DNA from: Amoebidium appalachense
Lineage: Eukaryota > Protista > Ichthyosporea
Reading direction: 5' to 3'
DNA: 64,000 bases
Assembly: GCA_963693365.1 (NCBI GenBank)
Contig: CAVNZM010000017.1
Location: 1,465,989 to 1,529,988, forward strand
Part shown: positions 26,474-45,027 of the stretch, piece after piece
Layout: each line of letters starts with the position of its first letter
How positions within the stretch are numbered: position 1 is the stretch's first letter
Program-made: the position numbers and the translations under genes
Notes under the pieces: generated by a model
Told to the model about the DNA's origin: nothing
What the model saw: the letters and a program-made list of their open reading frames with translations, nothing else
The model's database searches: none

Positions 26474-27222
26474 GAGAGAGAGGGGGGGGGGGGGGGGAGG
26501 AGGGAGAGAGAGAATGTGGGTGTGGGTGTGGTTGTGTATGTGTGTGTTGTGTGTATGTATGTGCTGGGGGCGAGGAGGGGGAAGGGGGGGGGGGGGGGGG
26601 AGCAGAGAAGAAGGGCAAAAGGGGGGGGAAGGGGGGGGGGGGGAGGAGGGGGGCATTTTTATAATACTCCATATTCTGCCAAATTCTATCTACGGGACAG
26701 TCCCCGAAGAACTCTTCTTTTGCCCCCGTCTTATCCCACTGCACCACCCCTCTACACACTGAAAGCATATGTACAATTTTTTTCAAGATGAGATGACAAT
26801 GGATCAGGGGTCGGCCCATGTGAGAGGTGGGAACATGGAGGTGAGGGAGACGGAGTAGAGATGCCGAGCAGGGAAGGGGGTTGGGGGGGGGGGGGGGGGA
26901 GGGGAAGCACAGGAGGGAGAAGGGAGTGAGAAAGAAGAGAGAGTGTGTGATAAAGAAAAGGTTGCCTGTGTGCACAAGCGTGTGTGTTCATTTCACGTGC
27001 TTACACGCAGGAGAACCGTTGAGTAATTCTTTTTGCACGTAAATATTATAACTCTCAGTAACATGTACACAAAGGGAGACACACACATCCAACACACTGG
27101 TTCGTTCCCATACACCCGTACAGCACATATACTACAGATCACAGCGCAGACACACATACAAACAAGCAGAGAGACACAAACATGTACAAAAACACACGAG
27201 CACCCACCCACCCACCCAACCA

Positions 27223-27318
<96 letters not shown>

Positions 27319-27686
27319 AACAAACAAACAACGTGCATCTAGTCACTCGAATCACTTACTTCTTTCTTCGTTCTATATCACGAAAAAACACAAAAAAAAA
27401 AGCTCACACCTTTTCTTCCCCACCCCCCCCCCCCCCCCCCCCCCCCCCACACACACACACCACCACCACCACCACCACCACCACCACCCCACTCCCCCTT
27501 CTCCACACACACACTCACACACACACATGCAAAAACATGGGCATGCACACACACGCAAACACATAAACATGCTCACTCACTCACCCCATTGCTCCGCAGA
27601 CGCGCCTTCCCCTCCTTTGCAAGTGCATACGCATCTATCGTTGCATAGACTTGGTTAAAAGTGACCTCCGCCTGATCATTAGACAT
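24046..27686 (-). CDS. Small class I SAM-dependent methyltransferase, DOT1-like; confident exons 27686-27585, 25847-25583, 25050-24973, 24568-24468; last exon(s) near 24332-24046 uncertain
   Basis: MSNDQAEVTFNQVY...; LTYGEI; FVDIGSGSGR (motif I); SIGFEI; EFHLGDSF..DWTVADVIFAPCTCF; LRPGTYVITIT. Exon phases 0, 1, 1 are consistent. Confidence 0.85.
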
Positions 27687-28237
27687 TTTCGTCGTCGTGT
27701 TTATCGTTTATATCACAAAAAACATCTAGTAACTTCTCCAAATGCCTTGTGCATAAGTAAGCTCGTTGTTGTAGCGGAGCACGCAGAAAGCTCACGCCGT
27801 CGTATCTTTCCTGTTCATACAGCTCGATGTTTTCATGATTTGTCTCTCACTCGCTCGTAAAGCCAAACAAAGGCCTGTTTCACTGGTGTGTATATATGTA
27901 CATGTGCTTTCCAAGCTGATAGCGCAAACATGGGGTTTATAAGTAGTGACAAGTGTACGGAATTAGATGGCGGGTGAAAGTTTACACTAAGCGGATCTGC
28001 CCTTAGAAAGGAACCCTGGGGGCTAATACCGTTCAACTTTGATATTTTGCATAGCAACATGTTTGAGTCCCCCCGGCTCACTGTTGCGTGATCGACTCTC
28101 AGAGTGACAAAGCGACACATTCAAGAGAGGGGGAGAGAGACACGGACGCACGCACACACCTGGAGAGAGGGAGATAGCCACGCACGCACACACACACAGG
28201 GAGAGGGAGAGAGAGACACGCACACGCAGGCACGAAA

Positions 28238-33669
<5,432 letters not shown>

Positions 33670-33773
33670 CGGGCCAGAAAACCGAACACACCCCAATACT
33701 GAACAAACTGGGATCCAAATATATGCACGTATCTGTAAATGGGGTGATTAGCAGTTCTCTGGATTTTCGTGTT

Positions 33774-33813
<40 letters not shown>

Positions 33814-33814
33814 C

Positions 33815-33881
33815 CGGCGTTGCCAAAAAAATCTCACACGACTTTCTTTTTTTTTTTTTTTTTGGTTTTTTGGCAACGCCG
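33815..33881. repeat. Perfect 16-bp inverted repeat in the TMED 3' region
   Basis: cggcgttgccaaaaaa at 33815-33830 and ttttttggcaacgccg at 33866-33881. Confidence 0.85.
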
Positions 33882-34550
33882 ACTGTTTGACATCTGGGTG
33901 TGTTTGTTTAAAACCCTTGATGTTTGAAGGTGCGAGTCTGGTGCTCATTTTGACAAATCTTGATGTAAATGCTTGGTTTGGTATGTATTACCGAGACAAT
34001 GGTATACGTACTTACATAACTCTTGTACATGTGGAATATCTTTTGGGCGTGCTTAAATATACACAAAGCGCTCACACACACACACAGGCACTCAGAAACG
34101 TTTATGTTGGTACACACACACACACACGCACACACACATGTGCACATGCACACACACACACACGCACACACGCAAACACACAAACACACACACTGAGACA
34201 CACAAATACACACACACACGAGCACACACACACACACACACACACACAAAGATGTGCGTGCACTAGTATGCAGCCAAATAGAACACATCATGCAAAACCA
34301 CAGTGCGGTTGTCAATTATACTCCCAAAAAGAGTTATTTCTGCTTGAAGAAACAAACTCGAACATTCAAACTCACTTGAAAATGAAATGCCAATGGCTTT
34401 GAAATTCCTTGTGTACGATTGCAAGAGCTACCTCCACACCCAACCAACCCATCTTTCGGCATGTGGTAGCTTTTTTAGGCTTAATGGGTTGTAGCGTATC
34501 CCGGATCCCATTACGCTACCTGTTGCAAATAGACGTGTACTTCGCATGTT

Positions 34551-34596
<46 letters not shown>

Positions 34597-34927
34597 ACCC
34601 ACCCAGCTCCCCCTGGCCCGGTCTGGGTGCCTGTGGCCGATGTGCACGTGGAGCTACGTATACGTGTGTAATGCATTATATATGTATTTCTCTTTCTTTG
34701 TATCAGTTTTTCTTTGACGTCGACTGTTCTGCATATGTATGTGCACTGGCGTGTACGTCAGGTGTGTACATAAACATATAAATGAGGACTAGCACAAGTT
34801 TCCGTAGTTTTTACTTAGTGCGCGGGTGTGTTTGTATGGGCTCAATCAGGTGTGTGCTAGTGCTGTGTAACTCTGAGCACGTGCACATGTCAATGCATGT
34901 TGCAAAGTTTATGCACGTGTGTGTCTG

Positions 34928-34981
<54 letters not shown>

Positions 34982-35422
34982 GTGTGTGTGTGTGTGTGTG
35001 CACGTGAGTCTGGCCATGACGTCTGTGTGCAGTCAGGAACTACATACACGTAGAAGTACCCATTAATAATATCACCGGCACCATGCATGGTTTACTACCG
35101 CCGCATTTTGGGCACGGGATTCTAACCTAACTTATGCCAGCCATACAAACCGGAATTTTCAAACATTTTCCGTTCAAGTTAAATTCTTATTAGCACCCTT
35201 TATATTGGGTACGATCAATACTCAACTGCAAGGTCGTGCTACAAAACATAAATCATAGAGCGTCACTGAGAGCGACAGACACACATGTTGGTTCATGCAA
35301 ACTTGACAGCATTGGCTATTATTGCCACGTGGAATTGGGAAAAATGAGGGGTTGCAATGACTTGGCATTGCATGGGGCGGGGAGGAGGAGGAGGGGAGGG
35401 GGGGGGGGGGGGGGGGGGGGGG

Positions 35423-35704
35423 TTTGAATGCGGAACACAGTACGAAGTACGCATACACGATGAGAAGCATGGTGCAGGACACATGCAAAGGCAACATTCA
35501 AGTATGCGGCATCAGCCATGTGAACAGTATGCGTCATAAGCAGAGCCCATCCTCAGGGATGGCCCAAGTCATCAATTGCGTCTGAGTTTCGACCCCTTAG
35601 CCCGCGTATATACGACGCTCCAAATCAGACAGCAGCATCAACTGAACTTGGGTGGGTCAACCCGTCTTGATCAAAGACGAGAAGGGTTGCTTATGCAAGC
35701 AAGG
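35423..35704 (-). mobile_element. Poly(C)-tailed dispersed repeat, subfamily 1, long copy B with structured segment
   Basis: Reverse complement reads cttgcttgcataagcaaccc..tcgtctttgatcaagacgggttgaccc...ggtcgaaactc...ccctgaggatgggctctgcttat...cttcgtact..cgcattcaaa(C)n, colinear with copy A. Confidence 0.8.
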
Positions 35705-35815
35705 TGAGCAAAACGGTGAAGATGTGTGTGCAAATTAATGCAGTGCAGCGACAAACGCGTATGTGCTTACAGATGCACGACACAGAGCAACCATGCCCGG
35801 TTGCATGGAAGTAAA

Positions 35816-35850
<35 letters not shown>

Positions 35851-36306
35851 GGGAGGGGGTGAATGAACTGAAGATAGGTAGGCGTATTAGATTAGTTGCG
35901 TTTTTGTCAGCAACAACTTATTAAATTAACTGATTAACAAAAGCTTTTTAAAACCCTCTCTCTAGATACATACAGTTGATATAAAAACGAAGACGGAAAA
36001 ATGAAGTTGAAGCTGAACACACGAAAAAAGTCGAGAGCAAAACCGTAAAGCGGAACCCGCAGCAAATTCCCGGATCGACAACCAATCCAAATTTGCACTA
36101 TACTCATATTCGGCAGGAAATTTTAGAAACATTCCAACGAACATACATGGTATATCTAACAGAATTTAAATGCATTCCACTCAATATCCCATAGCTCACC
36201 TGTGGTTAAACTGAAAAGAATACATATCCTATGTATGATGATTTCCCGCAAGTCAAATTTCCAACATCCTATCCCACACACGTACCAACAACCCACATGC
36301 CACACA

Positions 36307-36583
36307 TCAAGCCCTTTTCTTTGCCGCTTCACCACCCAACCCCAGGTCTATCTCGACCTGATCTAAGTATATCCCGGCCGAATTTGCGATAATATATCCC
36401 AGGGTGGTGATGAGAATATACCAGCGACAAAATGAGCTTGTGAAAATTAGATATATCCCACCAGCCACAACCGCAAACCAGAAAAGAAGACACAATGCGA
36501 GGCTCGTTTTGGCGTCTGGGGAGTAGCGGTGGCGACGCGGGAACCCTGAAATGGGTTGGTGTTCGGATACCGCTGTAGAGTGT

Positions 36584-36645
<62 letters not shown>

Positions 36646-36721
36646 GGGGGGGGGGAGGGGAGGGCGGGGGCAGGGAGGGGGGAGGGAAGGGGGGGAGGGA
36701 GGGAGGGGGGGGGAGGGAGGG

Positions 36722-36760
<39 letters not shown>

Positions 36761-36773
36761 GGGGGGGGGGGGA

Positions 36774-36807
<34 letters not shown>

Positions 36808-37462
36808 ACGTGCCAGCACACGTGTGTGCGTGTGTGTGACGTATGATAGCGTATATTTGATGGAAGAACGTGAGTACACTTGTCTGTGTGTGTGTTGTGC
36901 GTAAGCACACATGTGTACGTGGCGAGTAAGCCTTGTAACTTCTTCTCTTTTTTTGGGGTGTGTGTGTGTGTGTGTGTGTGTTGGGGGGGGGGGGGGGGGG
37001 GGGGGGAGGGGGGATGGCTAGATGGATAGGTAGGCGGTGGGAGTTTGCACATTGCTTATCAAATTGCAACACCGAACCTTTTGTCATCTCATGAACGAAG
37101 GCACGTAGAGGAACCAACAAACAAACAGAGGCACAATAACGTGCAGGGGATAAAATAATGGGGGGGAAGGGAAGGGGCAGGGGGGGGGGGGGGGGGGGGG
37201 GGGAGATGCTCTGGTTCGGCAAGCAAATAGTAGGTAAGACGACGGGGGCAAGTTGGAAGGAGAGGGGAGGACCCAGGGGCGACGGGGGACGAGGGGGGGG
37301 GGGGGGGGGGGGGGGGAGGTATATACCCTTTTCTGCGTCTGCGTAGATGTTTCTGAGTGTGTTCTCTTTCTGCCTCCACAGTGACTTGCACCATTCAGAG
37401 GCTGTATCTTCGGTTTGGGGCATCTCCGATATGTTGTGGCGCTATGTGGGAATGTGGGAGAA

Positions 37463-37517
<55 letters not shown>

Positions 37518-38027
37518 GGGGGGGGGTGAGGGGAGGGGGGAAAAGGAAGTGGGGTGTGAGTGTGAGTGTGAGTGTGAGTGTGAGTGTGAGTGTGCGTGCG
37601 GCTGTGTGTAAGCACGTGATTGGGGTGCTCTTCTGATCATAGTGTGTGCACATGAGTGGGGCAGGATGAGAAAGGGATACATGGCCTTAGGGGAAAGGGG
37701 GGAGGGTGGGTGGGTGGGGCGGGAGGGGGGCGGAGGAAACGGAGGGAGGGGATGGGGTGGTTAGGTTGTTGGACGGGTGTATGCTTGGGGGAAGCGCCTG
37801 GGGGGGGGGGGGGGGGGGGGGAGGGGGGGGGGGGGGGAGGTAGAGGAGGAGGAAGGGGGGGGGGGGGGGGGGGGGGGGGGAGGGACACAGGTGTTACAGG
37901 ACAGCCAATTTGGACGATACACGATCATAGGAGAGAAGCTTGTATGGCCACGAAGATTCTTAAATGTTTTTACGAATATTGGATGGTATTTTGTTGAATT
38001 TATCGAATTTTCTGTGTGTGCATGTGT

Positions 38028-38075
<48 letters not shown>

Positions 38076-38077
38076 GG

Positions 38078-38126
<49 letters not shown>

Positions 38127-38595
38127 GTGTGTGTGTGTGTGTGTGTTTGTGGGTAGGTGGGTGGGTAGGTGGTGGTGGTGGTGGTGGGGGTGATTTAATT
38201 TTTCCTACTTCTTGCCTCCTCTCCCCCCCTCCCCCTTCCCCTCCCCCTCCTCCCCCCCCCTCCCCGCCCTTTTTCGTGGTGATGGGGGCTCATTAGATAT
38301 TTGAGATTTCAACACAAACCTGGCAGTCAATGTGAATCTCCTTCGGGAAGTACCCCATCAGCAGGTCGGATTCTGATTGGGGCAGACCGTTGGGGTATGC
38401 TATGGTGACGTCATACACAGTGTCCAGGCCACTGCGCATGTGCGATAGAATGTGCCAGAATCCCTGCACGTGTGTGTGTGTGTATGTGTGTGTTGGGGCG
38501 GGAGGAGGGGGGGGGGGAGGGAGGGGGGGGGGGGGGAGGTGGGGAGGGGAGAGGGGGAGGAAAGAGGCAAATCACGTGAATACGGTGACACAAGC

Positions 38596-38677
<82 letters not shown>

Positions 38678-39266
38678 TGTGTGTGTGCGCGCGTGCACTT
38701 GTGTTTTTATGTGTGTGAGTGAAGGGAGGGGGCAAGAGGGGAGGGGGGGAGGGGGAGGGGGAGGGGAAGGGGGAGGGGGAGGGGGAAAGACAGAGAGAGG
38801 GAAAGAGTACCTAGCGAGAGCAAAGGATGGAGACAAGGAGGAGAGGGGCAACGGGCAAAGGGAGAAACGTGTGCATTAGAAGATGTAGGGCGATAAAAGA
38901 AAGAAGAAGGGAATAAACCTGAAAGCACACCCAGGGGGGGGAGAAGGGGGGGGGGGGGGGGGGGAGGGGAGGGGGAGGGAGGGGGGGGGGAAGAGGAGTG
39001 GTGAAGCCCTAAAAAACGATGCCAATTGACGTCAGACGGGGTGCCCCGGGAAAGAAGACGAGGGGAGGGGGGAGAAGGGAGGGGGGGGGATGAGGGAGGG
39101 TGGAATTGGGGGGGGGGGGGGGGGGGGGAGGAGGTGGATACCTTGACACGGGGATGCAATACGTAGTCATATTTGGACAGACCGGCCTTTTCGGAGTAGG
39201 CGTGGCTTTTGTCTATGTTTTCCTTGCTGAGATCTGTGCCCTCAGGGAAAATCTGCAGGTGAAGGA

Positions 39267-39297
<31 letters not shown>

Positions 39298-39480
39298 AAT
39301 CAGAAATTCAAAAAAATGTAAGATTTAAATCAAAAAAGATGTCGATTATTCGTTTTTTGTGGTGGTGGTGGTGTGAGTGAGTGGGTGAGTGTGAGTGTAT
39401 TAGTGAGTGAGGGAGTGAGTGAGTGAGTGTGTGTGTGCGTGTGTGTGCGCGTGTGTGTGCGCGCGTGTGTGTCTGTCTGT

Positions 39481-39555
<75 letters not shown>

Positions 39556-39906
39556 CGCGTGTGACTCGGGGGAGGGGGCGCGGGGAGGGGAAGGGGGGAG
39601 GGGGGGGGGGGGTGATGTGTCGATAAGCTCTCAATCACATGCTACGCGAAAGCAGTTTCTTTTCTTCTTCTTTCTTTTTTTTGGTGGAGGTGGGGAGGGG
39701 GGCTAGGGGGGGTTGGTGTGTGTGTGTGTGTGAGCGGGGGGGAAGGGGGGGGGGGGGGGGGGGGGGGGGGGGTCAAAAAGAGAAGAGAAGTGGGGAGAGG
39801 ATGGAGAGGGGCAAGGGATACACGGGCAGGAGGGCAAGGGCAAGGGGGGGAGCCTTTTCTTTTCTTTTCTTCTTCTTCTTCTTCTTCTTCTTCTTTTTTT
39901 TTTTTT

Positions 39907-39951
<45 letters not shown>

Positions 39952-40231
39952 AAGGGGGGAGGGGGGGGGACGGCATGCAAACAAGTTGATTGCACAAGAC
40001 AACCGAAAAAGACAGAACCTCAACCAACACCAATCAAACATGCAGGGAGCATGTTCCTATTTCTACCCCCCCCCCCCCTTTTTTTTTTATGTGTGTGTGT
40101 GTGTGTGTGTGTGTGTTCGGGAGGGGGGGGGGGGGGGGGGGAGGGGGGGGGGGGGGGGGGGGCAGACCAGAAGCTGCATTGGATAGTCGACACCTTTGTA
40201 GTAGTCCATCCACCGGTTCATGTATGCCTGG

Positions 40232-40273
<42 letters not shown>

Positions 40274-40364
40274 ATGTGCATTTGTGCTTCTGTTGGTGTT
40301 TTGGGAAGGAGGAAGGGGGAACCGAGGGTTGGGGGGGGAGAAGGAGGCAGAGACAGCGGGGGGT

Positions 40365-40408
<44 letters not shown>

Positions 40409-40871
40409 GGGAGGGGGGGGGGAGAGGAGGGACGGGAACCAATATATCAGGGGTCAGGGGAGAACAAACCCAAAACAACACACAACCTGCATATACGCAA
40501 ACGAAAGAAACAAGGGGGGGGGGAAGGGGGGGACGTTCTTACAAAACAAAATCTACGGATGCGCAGGCAAACCAACCCAGAACAAACACAATCACTAGAT
40601 GGTCTATCTGCGACCCTGTGACTCAATTTGTTTTTCCTCTTCCGCATCATAAAGAGCGAAGAGTCTCGGGGAGGGGATGGGGATTGGGGTTGGGGGGGGG
40701 GGGGTTTAGGGAAGGGCGGGGGGGGGGGGGGGGGGAGGGGGAAGAAGGGGGGGTGTAAGAATGTGTGAAGAAATGCGAAGTGCACATTTCACAACGGCAA
40801 GACAAAGCAGATTTTGCATAGCACCTACAAACAGTATGCATTACTAGCGGGGGGGGGAGAGGGAGGTGTGT

Positions 40872-40902
<31 letters not shown>

Positions 40903-41210
40903 GGGGGGGGGGAAGGGAGGAGAAAGAGGACACAACGCGGGGGAGGGGGGGGGAGAGGGGGGAGGAAGGGGGGGGGGGGGGGAGGGGGGAGGGGGGGGGG
41001 GGGGGGTGATGTATGCGTTAGAAATATGGAGGAGACAACAAAGAGCAACAACAAAACGTCACAAAAGTGGGAAATCCAAAATCAAACAATCTAAGCGTGC
41101 AGGCAGAGGACACTTGAACAGAGCCCATCATCAGGGGGGTTCCTATGCCTCCACAAAAGCATGGGTTTTTCACTCTTTAACCTCTCGCGCGTGGTTCCCA
41201 ACCCATACTT

Positions 41211-41254
<44 letters not shown>

Positions 41255-41444
41255 AGGAGGGGGAGAGGGTTGTACCATCATCCCATCTTCTGTTGAGAAA
41301 AAGAAAACACAGATGCTGCACTGCCCAGCCCGGCCCTGGAAATTTACGAAGGGGCGCCTGAGAGTAACTTATCAGCAATTTTGGAACATGTTTTTGGCAA
41401 TTCCACCCCCCCCCCCCCCCCCTCCCCCCCCCCCCCCTCCCCCC

Positions 41445-41475
<31 letters not shown>

Positions 41476-42175
41476 ACCGACCCCCCTCCCCCTAAGGCCA
41501 AGTGTATTTCAGATCAATTGGATCACCAACCGACCTCACCACCGTAAAACACATGTTTTCAGCAAATCAAATTTCAACATTCTGGGGGGGGGGGGGGGGG
41601 GGGGGGGGAGGAAGCACGTAAACATTTAAATATTTAAGGCATGGGAGCGGCAAAACTAAAACATAGGAGCCTCCCAGCCACCACCACTGCTGGCACGTCA
41701 TCCACTACATTTCCAACCACTCTGTGTGCTTTAAGGTGCACCTTAAAGGGGGTCTCTTTTAGTCCAACACATTGGCCTTTCCGGGTCGGGTCAAAATGCT
41801 GTTTAATGCGCATCTCGCCAATCATAAAGCGTAAATCACCTTCGGGTCTGACCCGACCCGGATCCCCTGAAGAAAACCCCTTAATCAAACTATCTTCACA
41901 CATCTAACATCCACCCCCCCCCCCCCCCCTTCCCCCCGCCGCCCCCATCCCATTACAATTCACCCCAATATCTCTCTCTGTGCCCCCTCCCCCCCCCCCT
42001 CCCCCCTTCCCCCCTCCCCCGGCCCTCCCCCCTCCCCCCCCCCCCGGGCTCTCCCCTCTACCTCCCTTCATCCGTCAGCCCTAGAACACATCCACCCAAC
42101 CAGCCCCATTCCTGTGGACCGACCCTCAATCTCTCTGATGTCCCAGATACACCTTCAACCATAGACTTATATGAA

Positions 42176-42214
<39 letters not shown>

Positions 42215-42772
42215 AAAAAAACAAAAAAAACAAAACAAAAAAAAAACCACCCACCCACCCACCGTGACACCCACCCTTCCACACCTATAATACCCAATCT
42301 CAATCTATCCATTTTCAGCCATACATGTGTTAACAAACGAAACCCCTACGTTCCAGCTTTCTTAGGAAGAAAACGAAATCAGAACCAGAACTAAAATAAC
42401 AGCCCCCCTACCCTCCCCCCTCCCCCCTCCTCTCCCTCTCCCCCCCCCCCTCCCCCCCCCCCCCCCCCAAAAAAAAAAAAACACCCACACACGCCCACAC
42501 CCACACAATCCAGAGTCCCATTTTTAGGCACCACCCACCTTCAGCACAATCTTGTGAAATTGCAATCGCCCATATCTGTGGAAAAACCCCCACAGGAACA
42601 TCCAATCGAGTCGATTACGGTGATTGCTGATCACAAGCACACGGTCTGTGCGGTAGAGTGGCTCGGGCCCACTGAATACATACTTGACCCCAAATAGAAG
42701 CTCTGTAGAATATTTTATTTTAGTAATTTCTTATACATCTAACAAACAACCCACTTGGGGAGGTTGGTTTGT

Positions 42773-42809
<37 letters not shown>

Positions 42810-42948
42810 GGGAGGGAGGGAGGGAAAGATGGCTGGGAGGGAGGGGAATGGAAAGTAGGGAGGGAGGGGGGAAAATGTCTAGGCTGTTAGTAAACAGCGA
42901 TTCGAGCTATTGGGTGGGTGTGTGTATGTGAGATGTGTGTGTGTGTGC

Positions 42949-43003
<55 letters not shown>

Positions 43004-44697
43004 GGGGGGGGGGGGGGGGGGGGGAGGGGACAGGGGCAGATGAGGGAAGAGTGAGAGCATTGAAGTGCCCACGGATGAAAAAAGAGGGGGGGAGGAAGAG
43101 AGGGGGTGCGAAGAAGAGGGGGGGGGGGGGGGGGGAGGAGATGGAGTGGCAGAGGGGGTCAGCAACCAACAGCATAGAAACAGCAGCTATCCAAGAGGGG
43201 TAGAGAGGGCGGGGGGGGGGGGGGGGAGGGAGGGGGGGAGGTGCAGGTGGAAGGAGGGGGAGGGGGGAGGGGGTAAATTTATACAGGTAGTGTGAAGGTT
43301 CTATTTCAACCTTGAAGTTATATTGGTCGGGAAGGTAGACCCCGGAGGGGAAGGGGCGTTGGGAGAGGGAGGGGTGGCGGGGGGATGGGAGGGGGGTCCA
43401 ATTGTAGTCTTCGTTCATTTCCTTATAAGTGATGTGCATTGTAATCCAGATGGAAAACAAATGACTGATTTTTTACATAGGTTCTGCATGCATGCAAGCA
43501 AAAAGTTCCCGGAAATCATAATTGAGAGGCACTTACCAAGCATAGCCTGTTGCCACGTATCAGCCACGAAGAAGAAGGTGGGTGGTGGTGGAGTGAGAAG
43601 GAAGCTCGTTAGCAACGGGTTTTTTTTTGCATGTTTTATTATGCGGAAGCTGAGAGAGTTTTGTGTAAAGGAATGGATAACAGGGATCGAAAAACGCGCG
43701 CTTGGCTGTGTGAGCTACACTACTTATTGTATACCCGGGTATTCAGGAAAGGACACACAAAAGACACATTAAAACAACACCGGCTCCAACCAAACTAGTT
43801 CCTCGTATTTTTGGTGTGGTTCACCCCTTTCACTCAACACCGGAAGCCCGGCCGGGAAGGAGTGCCGAGGGGAAGGGGGGGGGGGGAGGGGGAGGTGGGG
43901 GAGGGGGAGGGGGGAGGGGGCGCTACAAACGAGCAATCCATCTGCATACACAGGTGCACACGCATCTTCACGCAAAATAACGTCCGACCACACAAGAGGA
44001 CGGACACACAAGCTCAAACCATGTTTATGATCCACTTGTACCATACTCGGAATCAACAGCATGCGTTAAGGTCTCCCAAATGAGATTAAAAGCGCCACAA
44101 GGCGAAGGTTAAGAAACGTTAGAACATAAGACGTGACACACATCCACCCGAATTGAGAATACATGAGCACTGGGTGACGGTTGTGAGTTGCTTGCGCGCA
44201 GCTGTGGATGTGTACTTAGATGTGCGCGCACGTGTTGTAGATGGCATTGGCTGAAGTGTCATTGTAGTGGTAGTGGTGCTACTGGTGTTGTGGGTGCGGG
44301 GGGGGGGGGGGGGGGGGGGGGGGGAAGGGGGGGGATCGGGATGACTCGGTGGGGTGTGTCTTTAGGTGTGTGTGTGTGTATGTGTGTGTGTGTGTTGGGG
44401 TAGAGGAGGGTCCAGAGGGGTCCCGGGGGGGGGGGGGGGGGGGGAGGGGGGGGGGGGGGGAGGGGGGTGGTAGGGGGGGGGGGGGGAGGGGGGAGGAGAC
44501 GAGCAACTAACCGGAGGAGTGCTCAGCCATAGGTACCCAACCGCTCCCACCCAACGACGATAGAGGGAGGGCGCCAACCATAACAGGGGGAGGGCAGGTG
44601 TCCAGAAAAAAACAACTCCAAAATAGGCCGAAATGAAGAGGAACAGAAGGAAGAAGATTCCCCCGGCGGGGGTCACGTTCAAGCCCTTGTTCACCAT
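36307..44697 (-). CDS. LCLAT1: Lysocardiolipin acyltransferase (LCLAT1/AGPAT family), ~380 aa; exons 44697-44512, 43546-43537, 42702-42539, 41357-41276, 40232-40168, 39252-39142, 38463-38320, 37441-37327, 36572-36307
   Basis: NHRNRLDWMFLW (NHX4D motif), GWAVQ..FLFLNRRW, QLLIFPEGTDL, YVLHPRVKGF, DTVYDVTIAYP, C-terminal TM helices. Phases are consistent; the exon-5 acceptor reads CG instead of AG. Confidence 0.93.
41005..41180 (-). mobile_element. Subfamily-2 poly(C)-embedded repeat in LCLAT1 intron 4
   Basis: Reverse complement of 7755-7940; abuts a poly(G) run at its 3' end. Confidence 0.78.
41729..41862. other. Palindrome-rich intronic island
   Basis: 20-bp perfect palindrome ctttaaggtgcaccttaaag at 41729-41748; 14-bp inverted repeat tccgggtcgggtca 41780-41793 with tgacccgacccgga 41849-41862. 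Confidence 0.75.
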
Positions 44698-45027
44698 GTT
44701 TAAGGTATTAGTTGCGACACTTGTGCATTGTGTTTGGGTTATTGAGATGTTTCTTTTTTCTTTTTTTTTTTTCGTGTGGCTCCTCGCGCAAAAACGTTTG
44801 TCGCTCTGCTGTTTGACCAAGTGTGCATACTTCTGGGTGCATTATAAGCCAATCAAAAGCAAGATGGACACTTATTTTAGCCTTTTATGGAAGCAGGGGA
44901 GGGATGGATGGAGAGAGGGAGAGAGGGAGGAACGTGACGGTTTCAACCGTTGGCTCAAGTCAGAGAAAGCCAAGCTCTACTTACGTTTATAGTAAACCTG
45001 AAATAAATAGAAGTACCCCCTCAATGT

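Noticed and set aside
26655-26755. Possible extra methyltransferase exon (GVVQWDKTGAKEEFF...)
   Set aside because: Exons 1 and 2 already join in phase with a sensible sequence, and no good donor is evident.
43160-43190. Alternative LCLAT1 micro-exon candidate
   Set aside because: Wrong phase and weak donor; 43537-43546 fits phase, consensus and homology.
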